This document shows positions 8,938 to 17,191 of a stretch of DNA of 64,000 nt, one piece after another. Source of the stretch: an uncultured Prevotella sp. (GTDB lineage: Bacteria; Bacteroidota; Bacteroidia; Bacteroidales; Bacteroidaceae); contig CAMJFM010000007.1 in NCBI GenBank assembly GCA_946404925.1, positions 2,662 to 66,661 on the forward strand. The letters are read 5' to 3'. The notes under the pieces were generated by a model. The model ran no database searches, was not told the origin of the DNA, and worked only from the letters and a program-made list of their open reading frames with translations. The position numbers were made by a program, and so were the translations under genes. Within the stretch, counting starts at the first letter, position 1; every line of letters starts with the position of its first letter.

Positions 8938-11037
8938 TTATCCTACCTTGAGACACATCATGGTGAGGTCGTCGTTAGGATCGGCTCCATCACGATGCTC
9001 CTCTACCTGGCGCTTCAACGTCTCAACCACCTGCATGGCATTGGTGAAACGAGTCTCACGGAGAACATCGAGCATATGCTCATCGCCGAATCGCTCCAGC
9101 ATTGGGTTCTCGGCCTCATTCAGACCATCGGTATAAATGAAGAGCGGTTTACCCTTGATACTCTCAATGAACTCGCCCTCGAACTCGAGGCCAGCCCACA
9201 ATCCGATAGGAGCATTTGGTACCATCTGGAGGAAATTACCACCATCGGCATCGCCGCCAAGTACAGGGGGATTATGACCAGCATTACAGAAGTCAAGACG
9301 ACCGGTATTAATATCAACCAAACCTATGAACATCGTAATGAACATACCATTCTCGTTATTCTCGGTAAGCTCATCGTTGATACGGCTACAAATCTCAGCT
9401 GGTGAATAGTGATGCTTGGCCATTGCACGGAACAAGCGGATTACTTGAGCCATGAAGAGCGAAGCAGGAACACCTTTACCCGATACGTCGCCGATAGCAA
9501 AGTACAGGTGATTCTTCTCCATAAAGTAATCGTAGAGGTCACCACCAACCTCCTTTGCAGGAGTCATCGACGCAAAGAGATCAAGTCCCTCGCTTTCAAG
9601 ATTACCGGCAGGAATCATTGACATCTGGATGTCGCGGGCAATTCGGAGTTCGCTCTCAATACGCTCACGTGCTGTTGTAGCCTCTTCAAGCTGACCATAG
9701 GCCGACTGCAGAAGTTTCAGCGCCCTACGGTTATGAACAATGTAGAATCCGAAGAATCCTACCAGCAGCAAAACACCTACAACAAGGCCGATAAGGCGCT
9801 GACGAGAGATCTCGTGTTCACGCATCTCTACCTCCCACTGGCTACGTACCAGTTCTTCTTCCTTCTTATTGGTCTCGTAGATGGTTGCCATCTCGGCTGT
9901 ATCATCACGCTTTGACCATACCAAGGCCGAATCGTAAGCTGCGCAAATCTGATTGGCCACATAAAGAGCTGAGTCCTTATGGCCAGAACCATAGTTGGCA
10001 CGGAACTTTGGAACCAGATAAAGTCCGATGTTATCGAGCGTCAGCTTCATGCCACGGAACTCAATCCAGTGATCCAGCGTGCGGAAGTTCTTTGAAGCCT
10101 CCTCATAGCGATGAGCCATCATCAGATAGTCGTTGGCATCCAGCTTACCCTGCTCAGTCTGAGCATATTCGGTCTTCAGGAATCCATCGAAAGCCTCATC
10201 AGCTGCAGCACGATTACCTGCGGCATAAGATGTAAGCGCATTAAATAGACGTATACGCGCGCGATAGTGGTCACAGATCTCAGTATCGGCATCAGGGCGA
10301 AGACGATAGACGTAGAGAATAGAATCCGTACGATCATTCCACTTCTTACCCTCCTTGTAATGCTTAGTATTAAGACACGCTACGGTGATGTTGTTAATAC
10401 CGGTAATAGCCGAACGGATACGCGAGCCGTTTGTGTCCTTCTTAGAGATAGAGTTCTTGTAATGCCAGTAAGCATTCTCATAACTCTTAGAAGCATCTTT
10501 CTCGTTACCCAAGTACATCTCGGCCGAACCAATTGTGTAATAGAGTACGGCCAAGTCGCGCGACTGAGCCTTTGCGTTGCCCTCAAGCTTCTCTACAGCA
10601 GGAGTAGCCACACGCAGGGTAGCCTCATAGTCGGTCTTTACAGAATACATCTGGGCCAGTATACGGGCCGAGCGGCTGTAATAGAATACGTCCTTGTCGT
10701 CTAGTTCGTTAACATCGAGCGCCTTCTTGTAATAGACCTCAGCAGCAGCTTTCTGCTTCTGGCTATTAAGTGCAGAACCACGCAAGAAGTTAGCTCTGAC
10801 CATCGAAATGTCTCCTGTCTTCTCCAAACTGTCTGCCAGGAAGAACTTACGGTCATAGTCTTTTGCATTGTCGGCTGCTACAATCATGCTATCAATAAGA
10901 CTTGACTTTATCGAGTCCTTAGCAGATTTACGGCTTTCACCTTTCCCAGAGCCCCCATCGCTACTTCCACAAGAAAAAGCGATTGCAGCCACCAGGAGAA
11001 GGGCAGCACCAACAGACCATTGTTTCAGTTGTTTCAT
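8938..11037 (-). CDS. Membrane sensor Ser/Thr phosphatase: TPR-like periplasmic domain, TM helix, coiled coil, SpoIIE/PP2C domain
   Basis: Lipobox-like IAFSC; TM LIGLVVGVLLLVGFFGFYIV; ERIESELRIARDIQ; PP2C motifs VGGDLYD, IGDVSGKG, YTDGLNE and DDLTM. Confidence 0.88.
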   Translation of the reverse strand: MKQLKQWSVGAALLLVAAIAFSCGSSDGGSGKGESRKSAKDSIKSSLIDSMIVAADNAKDYDRKFFLADSLEKTGDISMVRANFLRGSALNSQKQKAAAEVYYKKALDVNELDDKDVFYYSRSARILAQMYSVKTDYEATLRVATPAVEKLEGNAKAQSRDLAVLYYTIGSAEMYLGNEKDASKSYENAYWHYKNSISKKDTNGSRIRSAITGINNITVACLNTKHYKEGKKWNDRTDSILYVYRLRPDADTEICDHYRARIRLFNALTSYAAGNRAAADEAFDGFLKTEYAQTEQGKLDANDYLMMAHRYEEASKNFRTLDHWIEFRGMKLTLDNIGLYLVPKFRANYGSGHKDSALYVANQICAAYDSALVWSKRDDTAEMATIYETNKKEEELVRSQWEVEMREHEISRQRLIGLVVGVLLLVGFFGFYIVHNRRALKLLQSAYGQLEEATTARERIESELRIARDIQMSMIPAGNLESEGLDLFASMTPAKEVGGDLYDYFMEKNHLYFAIGDVSGKGVPASLFMAQVIRLFRAMAKHHYSPAEICSRINDELTENNENGMFITMFIGLVDINTGRLDFCNAGHNPPVLGGDADGGNFLQMVPNAPIGLWAGLEFEGEFIESIKGKPLFIYTDGLNEAENPMLERFGDEHMLDVLRETRFTNAMQVVETLKRQVEEHRDGADPNDDLTMMCLKVG

Positions 11038-11058
11038 TTTATACTTTATTTTCCTTTT

Positions 11059-12564
11059 TTATTTGATATATTCTGAGAAGTCGGTCAGCTTCATATCGCC
11101 CTTACGAGCCAATGTGTCATGCATGGCAAAAGCAGCAGTCAGATTATGACGGGTCTGGCCCATCTTGGCAATCTTCAGATAATCCCACAACAGCTGCTTG
11201 TAATCAGGATGTGCGCACTTTTCGATAATGAGTTCGGCACGCTGAGCGGGACTCTTACCACGGAGATCGGCAACGCCCTGCTCGGTAACGATGATGTTTA
11301 CATCGTGCTCTGAAGAATCCTGATGACTTACAAAAGGTACAATAGAACTGATTACACCACCCTTAGCAACCGAAGGACAAGTGAAGATACTGAGGTAGGC
11401 ATTGCGGATAAAGTCGCCGCTACCACCGATACCATTCATCATCTTGGTTCCGCTAATGTGGGTTGAATTTACGTTTCCGTAGAGGTCAGCCTCGATGGCT
11501 GTATTAATTGCAATAACACCTAATCGGCGGATAATCTCGGGCGAGTTACTGATCTCGCTCTGACGCAGAGTAAGGTGCTGTTTCATATAATCCATATTGT
11601 CGTATACCTGCATCAGACAGTCGTTTGAAACCGTCAATGAGCAGGCCGATGCATCTTTTACACGACCGTTAAGCATCATCTCGATAACCGAGTTCTGGAT
11701 AACCTCGGTATAGATATTGAAGTTAGGTACGTGTTTGTCCTCGCCCAGAGCGCCCAAGATGGCATTGGCAGTAGAACCTACACCGCTCTGCAAAGGCAGG
11801 AACTCCTTAGGAATACGGCCCTTGTGCATCTCCTCTACCAGGAACTCGGCTGTCAGGAAACCAATCTTATCGGTAACAGGGTCGCTATCCTTGAAGGCAC
11901 GAGCCTCATCAGGGATATTGCACTCTACTACACCAACAACCTTATCCTTAGGAATGCTTACGTATGGCTTACCGATACGATCGCTGACGTGCTCGATGGG
12001 TATAGCCTTGCGATAAGGGGGATCCAATGGCTCGTATACATCGTGAATGAACTTGGCATTAGGATTGTGGAACGAGTTGAGCTCCAGAATCACCTTCTTG
12101 GCCAAACGGGCAGCTGTAGGTGAGATACCACCGGCAGCAGTCAGATAAACATGATAGTCGTTGCCCACCTCTTCGATGTCGCACACCTCGAGTATAGCCC
12201 AATCAACATCGCCATAGAAACCATAACGCAACTCCTGGGCCATGTGACTCAAGTGAAGGTCGTTATATGGAATCTCGCCCATGTTTACATGCTTGCGGAA
12301 ATCGGGGTTGGTAGTATAAGGAGCACGATACTTGATAGCCTGAGCATTAGCCAGATCACCATCAGTACTCTGTCCTGTTGAAGCACCTGTAAAGATACCT
12401 ACCTTAAACTCGCGACCTGCCTCGTGTTCAGCTACGGCAATTTTAGCCAACTCCTTGGTTGTTGCCTTAGCCACACCAGCAGGTGTAAAGCCACTCATAG
12501 CGATGTTGTCGCCGTTCTTAATCAGTGCTGCAGCCTCGGCAGCAGTCATACGTGTAAACGCCAT
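11059..12564 (-). CDS. Acetyl-CoA hydrolase / succinate CoA-transferase family
   Basis: SGFTPAG, LQSGVG, ISNSPEIIRRLG, NGIGGSGDF and VTEQGVADLRG motifs. Confidence 0.93.
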   Translation of the reverse strand: MAFTRMTAAEAAALIKNGDNIAMSGFTPAGVAKATTKELAKIAVAEHEAGREFKVGIFTGASTGQSTDGDLANAQAIKYRAPYTTNPDFRKHVNMGEIPYNDLHLSHMAQELRYGFYGDVDWAILEVCDIEEVGNDYHVYLTAAGGISPTAARLAKKVILELNSFHNPNAKFIHDVYEPLDPPYRKAIPIEHVSDRIGKPYVSIPKDKVVGVVECNIPDEARAFKDSDPVTDKIGFLTAEFLVEEMHKGRIPKEFLPLQSGVGSTANAILGALGEDKHVPNFNIYTEVIQNSVIEMMLNGRVKDASACSLTVSNDCLMQVYDNMDYMKQHLTLRQSEISNSPEIIRRLGVIAINTAIEADLYGNVNSTHISGTKMMNGIGGSGDFIRNAYLSIFTCPSVAKGGVISSIVPFVSHQDSSEHDVNIIVTEQGVADLRGKSPAQRAELIIEKCAHPDYKQLLWDYLKIAKMGQTRHNLTAAFAMHDTLARKGDMKLTDFSEYIK

Positions 12565-12592
12565 AATAGATCAAAATTTGCAAATTCGGGTG

Positions 12593-12600
12593 CAAAATTA
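12593..12600 (-). promoter_or_regulatory. Bacteroidetes -7 promoter box for the CoA-transferase gene
   Basis: TAATTTTG on the minus strand matches the TAnnTTTG consensus. Confidence 0.65.
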
Positions 12601-12646
12601 CAAATTTTAATCGAAACAACCAAGAAATAGCCCTAACTTTTAACCA

Positions 12647-13300
12647 TTATAAGTACTCCATTAAAACATCCCACACGGCGATGATGTGACAAACGCTACC
12701 TGCCAGGACAAAAAAATGGAATACAGAATGCATGTATTTAGTCTTATTCAAAGAATAAAAAACGGCACCTGTGATGTAACTTACACCCTCAGCGATGATC
12801 CAGATAACCGCAGCTGTCGACACCGAATCGATGAGCGGCTTAAAGGCCACGAGCACACTCAGGCCCATACCTATAAAACAGAAAGTCTCAACATTAGAAT
12901 GCTCTTTGAGCCTGATAAAGCTGATGATTGTGCCCGCTATGGCACAGGCCCACACAAAACAAAACAGGCTCCAACCCCAATAGCCCTGTTCGCGAAGAGC
13001 AACCAACGTAAGAGGCGAGTAAGAACCAGCAATATGCCAGTAGATAGCAGCATGATCCCACTTGCGCAACCGTTCCTTCCACTTTGAGTGGTGCTTCATA
13101 GAGTGGTATAGCGTTGAAGCGAGATAAGAACCCAACATACCAAACAGATAGAGAATCACACCCACTCTGGCCCAGTCGTTATCAGCCCGGAAACACCACA
13201 CTAGGAAGATAACGCCAAAAACCACTCCCATCAGGATTCCTCCTCCATGGGATGCAGCATTCCAGATTTCCTCTTTTTTGGTATATCGAATCATACTCAT
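12647..13300 (-). CDS. Hemolysin III / PAQR family membrane protein
   Basis: EEIWNAASHG, STLYH, DHAAIY..IAGSYSP and HSVFHFFVLAGS motifs; about 7 TM segments. Confidence 0.93.
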   Translation of the reverse strand: MSMIRYTKKEEIWNAASHGGGILMGVVFGVIFLVWCFRADNDWARVGVILYLFGMLGSYLASTLYHSMKHHSKWKERLRKWDHAAIYWHIAGSYSPLTLVALREQGYWGWSLFCFVWACAIAGTIISFIRLKEHSNVETFCFIGMGLSVLVAFKPLIDSVSTAAVIWIIAEGVSYITGAVFYSLNKTKYMHSVFHFFVLAGSVCHIIAVWDVLMEYL

Positions 13301-13507
13301 GCCGTTTATGGCGATGCAAAGGTAACAACTTTATTTGAAATTAATGTCAGTTTTACAACTTTTTTGGCGAATTAAATATTATAAACTTAATGAATTTACG
13401 ACCAATTATTGTTACGAAATGATCATAATTAACCTTTTGTTTTATAACTTTTATTTACCAAATCTTTAAAAAAACCGAAAAAGATTTGGAAGTTTCGATT
13501 ATTTTTC

Positions 13508-13515
13508 CTATTTTT
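13508..13515 (+). promoter_or_regulatory. -7 promoter box for the uncharacterised operon
   Basis: TATTTTTG in an AT-rich intergenic region, with an upstream TTTG. Confidence 0.5.
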
Positions 13516-13574
13516 GTCACGGTATAATTACCAATTGTTAAAATATTGACCTATAACATACAAGTAATAAGACG

Positions 13575-14390
13575 ATGAGATCTATTAATAAGATTATTTC
13601 AATTACACTTCTGGGGCTGTTATTCCCACTGACCATTGGTGCTCAGAACAAACATTTTGAGGGCGAGATAACATACAACATGTCTATTGCTCTCGACAAG
13701 ACTGCGCGCAAATTCCTGAAAGGAAGTGATGGAGCCTACACAATGAAGACTATCTACAAAAATGGTGACGAACTTTGTCATGAAGATTATTTCGGAATGA
13801 TCACCCTGACATCCAGAAACAAGGATTCTGTCTACATGTATCTCCCCGAGATAAAGAAAGGTTACAAATGTTCATACTCTGCTTCGGTCACAAACTTCAA
13901 GGAATCCAGGACAGTTAACGAAAGTTCGGTTAAAGAAACTGGCGAGACCAAAGATATGTATGGCATAACCTTTAAGAGATTTAAGGGCACCGAGATATTA
14001 GAAGCCGATATGCTTGTAGCCAGAATTCCTATGACCGAGGAGCACGACTATTGGGTTTGCACCGATTACGACGAGAACTGGCTGATGAGCATCCGTATTC
14101 CAGGCATGATTCTCAGTCTCGATTGGTTTGCTAAGGGAAAAATACCCATTCTTGGCGAAATGACCCAACATTTCGATATGAGCATCAAGGAACTGAAGGC
14201 TCGCGAAGTCAGCGATGATGAGTTTGCCATACCCGGTGATATCTCTTTTACTACGGTCAGCGACATGAATACTGCCGAGGCCAAGTTGAAGAAGGATCAT
14301 AAGAAACTCATGAAGTCGAAGGGCAAGAAAGTGGGCGAGAATATCCAGACCCGTGGTGCAGGTAAGACAAAAGGCGACTGGGACTTCTAA
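13575..14390 (+). CDS. Secreted hypothetical protein, DUF4412/GLPGLI-like fold suspected
   Basis: Signal peptide, then FEGEITYNM; pattern YMYLPEIKKGY...GITFKRFKG...YWV...IPGMIL. Confidence 0.5.
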   Translation: MRSINKIISITLLGLLFPLTIGAQNKHFEGEITYNMSIALDKTARKFLKGSDGAYTMKTIYKNGDELCHEDYFGMITLTSRNKDSVYMYLPEIKKGYKCSYSASVTNFKESRTVNESSVKETGETKDMYGITFKRFKGTEILEADMLVARIPMTEEHDYWVCTDYDENWLMSIRIPGMILSLDWFAKGKIPILGEMTQHFDMSIKELKAREVSDDEFAIPGDISFTTVSDMNTAEAKLKKDHKKLMKSKGKKVGENIQTRGAGKTKGDWDF

Positions 14391-14412
14391 CAATCAATAA
14401 GGAACAACAGAA

Positions 14413-15624
14413 ATGAAGAAACTGCTAATAATCCTTGCATTGGGATTGATGGTCCAGACCAGCTTTGCCCAAGACGATGAGAACTACAAGTATATGAGAG
14501 GTTCGCTCTGCATCATGATGGTAGAGCACCCCACACTTGAATTCAACGACCAGATTGAGAAGGTCTTTGAATCTATGCCCATCCCAAACCGCTTCAACAG
14601 TCACGATCTGGGTGTAAGAGTACTGAGTTTCCCAAACAACGACGACCAGGTGGCCAATCTGAAGATATTCAGCAACGAGAACCAGTTGGCCAAGCGTATT
14701 GTATCAAAGTGGTTTGGCCGCAACAAACATACCGGTTCGTTCAATACCGACCTGTTGAGAGAACGCGGACACTACAGCGCCACAAAGATAGATGTCAAGG
14801 CCGCCATGGCTCAGCAAAGAGGTATGGCCGTGCTCGAAGATATGGGCGAGAACCTGATTGGTCATACTTACTGGGTTGTAAACGACATCAGATACGTGAA
14901 TCAGGGCAACTTCTTCAAGAGTGTAAAAGACGTGGCCAGTGCAGCCATCAGCACAAAGGGCAACGGCACATCATCACTCGAAGCAACCTTAGGCATCGAT
15001 TTCGAAGATACAGCGATGGATCTTCTCGACAATATCAAGGGTTTCCGCGTAAAGATAACCTCTCACCTGTTCCGTCTGAAGTGGGATGAGGAGACATCTA
15101 ACACCTTCTATAGTCAGTATTATACTGAGACACCAGAGGAAGATGCCGATAAGGTTAGCGGATTCAAGGAGGATAACAACCTGTTCTCTATGGAATATGT
15201 TGGTTCGGTTACCAGCACCAGCAGCAAGACTTCTGTTTTAGGCGTTACCACCAACGAGCAGATGATTCGCAAGGTGTGTACACGTGCTCTCGACAAGAAC
15301 ATCGCCGACCTGCAGCATAAGTTTGCCGACTTCCGCATCAAGGCTCCGCTCATCAGCATAGAGCCACTAAAGGCATACGTTGGCATGAAGGAAGACATCA
15401 ACGAGAAATCACGCTACGAGGTTCTGGAAGCCGTTCCCGACGATCGTGGCGTAACTACCTATAAGCCAGTTGGAATTATCAAGCCTATCAAGGGCAAGAT
15501 ATGGGACAACCGATTTATGGCTGATGAAGAGAAGACGACCGAAGCTGCCCTCGACGGCACCTATTTCGAAGTGGTGTCGGGAAAGGGCTTCTACCCTGGA
15601 ATGCTTATTCGCGAGACTAAATAA
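14413..15624 (+). CDS. Secreted hypothetical protein with FlgT-C-like C-terminal beta domain
   Basis: Signal peptide; C-terminal AYVGMKEDINEKSRYEVL...KGFYPGMLIRE resembles FlgT/CsgG-associated C-terminal domains (by eye). Confidence 0.45.
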   Translation: MKKLLIILALGLMVQTSFAQDDENYKYMRGSLCIMMVEHPTLEFNDQIEKVFESMPIPNRFNSHDLGVRVLSFPNNDDQVANLKIFSNENQLAKRIVSKWFGRNKHTGSFNTDLLRERGHYSATKIDVKAAMAQQRGMAVLEDMGENLIGHTYWVVNDIRYVNQGNFFKSVKDVASAAISTKGNGTSSLEATLGIDFEDTAMDLLDNIKGFRVKITSHLFRLKWDEETSNTFYSQYYTETPEEDADKVSGFKEDNNLFSMEYVGSVTSTSSKTSVLGVTTNEQMIRKVCTRALDKNIADLQHKFADFRIKAPLISIEPLKAYVGMKEDINEKSRYEVLEAVPDDRGVTTYKPVGIIKPIKGKIWDNRFMADEEKTTEAALDGTYFEVVSGKGFYPGMLIRETK

Positions 15625-15657
15625 TCCTATTATTAACAACTTAAAACATTATTAATT

Positions 15658-16278
15658 ATGAAAGCTATTAAATTTTTTGCAGCATTATTCATGATGTTTG
15701 CCGTATCGGCAAGTGTAAATGCTCAGGAACTGAGTAAGGCTAACCAGAAGTTGCTGAAGAAGCAGCTGAAGGAGTTCAAGGCTGATGGTTGGAAGGTTAA
15801 CCCAGGTCAGCTACCACTTGAGACACAGCTCACCAAGGCATTCACCACCCAGTCAGAAGTTGACGCTATGGGTTACGAGGTTTGGATTGTAGGCGAAGGC
15901 CGCAGCACTGGTAGTGTTTACGACGCAGCCAGAACTCAGGCTATGACCGTTGCCAAGGGCGAAATTGCTACCAAACTGAGAACCGACATGACTTCTACCA
16001 TCGAGCAGGATCTGGCCAACGAGCAGTTCGGACCCGACGAGGCTGAGTCAATCGCAAAGACCATCGTAAGCCAGCAGGGCCGTAGTATCGACCAGCAGCT
16101 CAACCGTCCTAAGACTCTGATGGAGTGCTTCCGCAAGCTGCCTAATGGCAATACCGAGGTACTGATTCGTTGCGCTATCTCAGCCGACACAGTTAGCAAG
16201 CTCGCTAAGGCTGCTATCCAGCAGGCTCGCAGAGACAATCTGCTGAAGGATGTTGAAAGAGTTAAGAGTCAGAACTAA
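15658..16278 (+). CDS. Secreted LPP20-like protein
   Basis: Signal peptide without a lipobox; WIVGEGRSTG-SVYDAARTQAMTVAKGEIA helix pattern typical of LPP20-like domains. Confidence 0.55.
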   Translation: MKAIKFFAALFMMFAVSASVNAQELSKANQKLLKKQLKEFKADGWKVNPGQLPLETQLTKAFTTQSEVDAMGYEVWIVGEGRSTGSVYDAARTQAMTVAKGEIATKLRTDMTSTIEQDLANEQFGPDEAESIAKTIVSQQGRSIDQQLNRPKTLMECFRKLPNGNTEVLIRCAISADTVSKLAKAAIQQARRDNLLKDVERVKSQN

Positions 16279-17180
16279 TGAAGCAATTGCTCATACTGAT
16301 CACCATATTCTCCTGGGCACTGGGGACCAGCGCCCAGGAGAAGGGTAAGGTAAAAACGGTGGAGGATAGCTATCTCTACGAGATCCCCTCCAACGTTTCC
16401 TATGCCCAGGCTTGTCAGTTTGCGCTCGTAAAAGCGCAGAATGCAGCTATCGAGAAGGAGTTCGGTACGTCTGTAAGTCAAAACGATGTCGTTCTGATTT
16501 CAAACGAGAACGGCCAGTCGAGTACCTCCTTCCATTCCATGACAAGTGGTCAGGTGAGAGGTGTGTGGCTGGGCGATGTGGCCGAACCAAAATTTGAGCG
16601 CGTGCTCCACGAAGGCAGAGATCTGCTGAAGGTTACCGTTAAGGGTAAGATCAGAGAACTGGTTACTGCTGGTGTTGAGTTCGAGGCCAAACCACTACGT
16701 GTCCAGCCAGACAAGAAACTCGTGTCCGACACCTTTAAGAATGGTGAGGACTTTTTCCTTTATTTCAAGTCACCCGTCGATGGATATCTTACAGTTTTCC
16801 TGTTCGACATCCTAACCAATCAGGTATTCTGCATGCTGCCCTATCAGAGTTCGGGCAAGGGTTCCTTTGCCGTTACCCACGACAAGGAGTACTACCTGTT
16901 CTCGGCAGCAAAGGCCGATCCTAACGAAGGCGAGGTCGACGAGGTTGTACTTACCTGTACAGAGGGGAATACCGAAGAATACAATAACCTATATGTAATC
17001 TTCTCGCCTAATAACTATGCAAAAATAAGCTCTAAGGTTGGTCAGAAACAACTTACTGACGACCTGATAGTCCCGAGTTCGCTTGACTACAAGGAATTCA
17101 ACGCCTGGCTGACTAAGTATCAACAGAAGGACGAACAGATGCAAGTAGAACGCATCCCTATCAGAATCGAAAACAATTAA
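16278..17180 (+). CDS. Secreted protein with LPP20-like N-terminus and DUF4384 C-terminal domain
   Basis: FKNGEDFFLYFKSPVDGYLTVFLFD...VFCMLPY is DUF4384-like; start overlaps the previous stop (TAATG). Confidence 0.65.
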   Translation: MKQLLILITIFSWALGTSAQEKGKVKTVEDSYLYEIPSNVSYAQACQFALVKAQNAAIEKEFGTSVSQNDVVLISNENGQSSTSFHSMTSGQVRGVWLGDVAEPKFERVLHEGRDLLKVTVKGKIRELVTAGVEFEAKPLRVQPDKKLVSDTFKNGEDFFLYFKSPVDGYLTVFLFDILTNQVFCMLPYQSSGKGSFAVTHDKEYYLFSAAKADPNEGEVDEVVLTCTEGNTEEYNNLYVIFSPNNYAKISSKVGQKQLTDDLIVPSSLDYKEFNAWLTKYQQKDEQMQVERIPIRIENN

Positions 17181-17191
17181 ACTTATACAAT

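Noticed and set aside
12647-13300. Hemolysin III as a toxin or virulence factor
   Set aside because: A widespread PAQR-family membrane protein; the name does not imply a toxin system.
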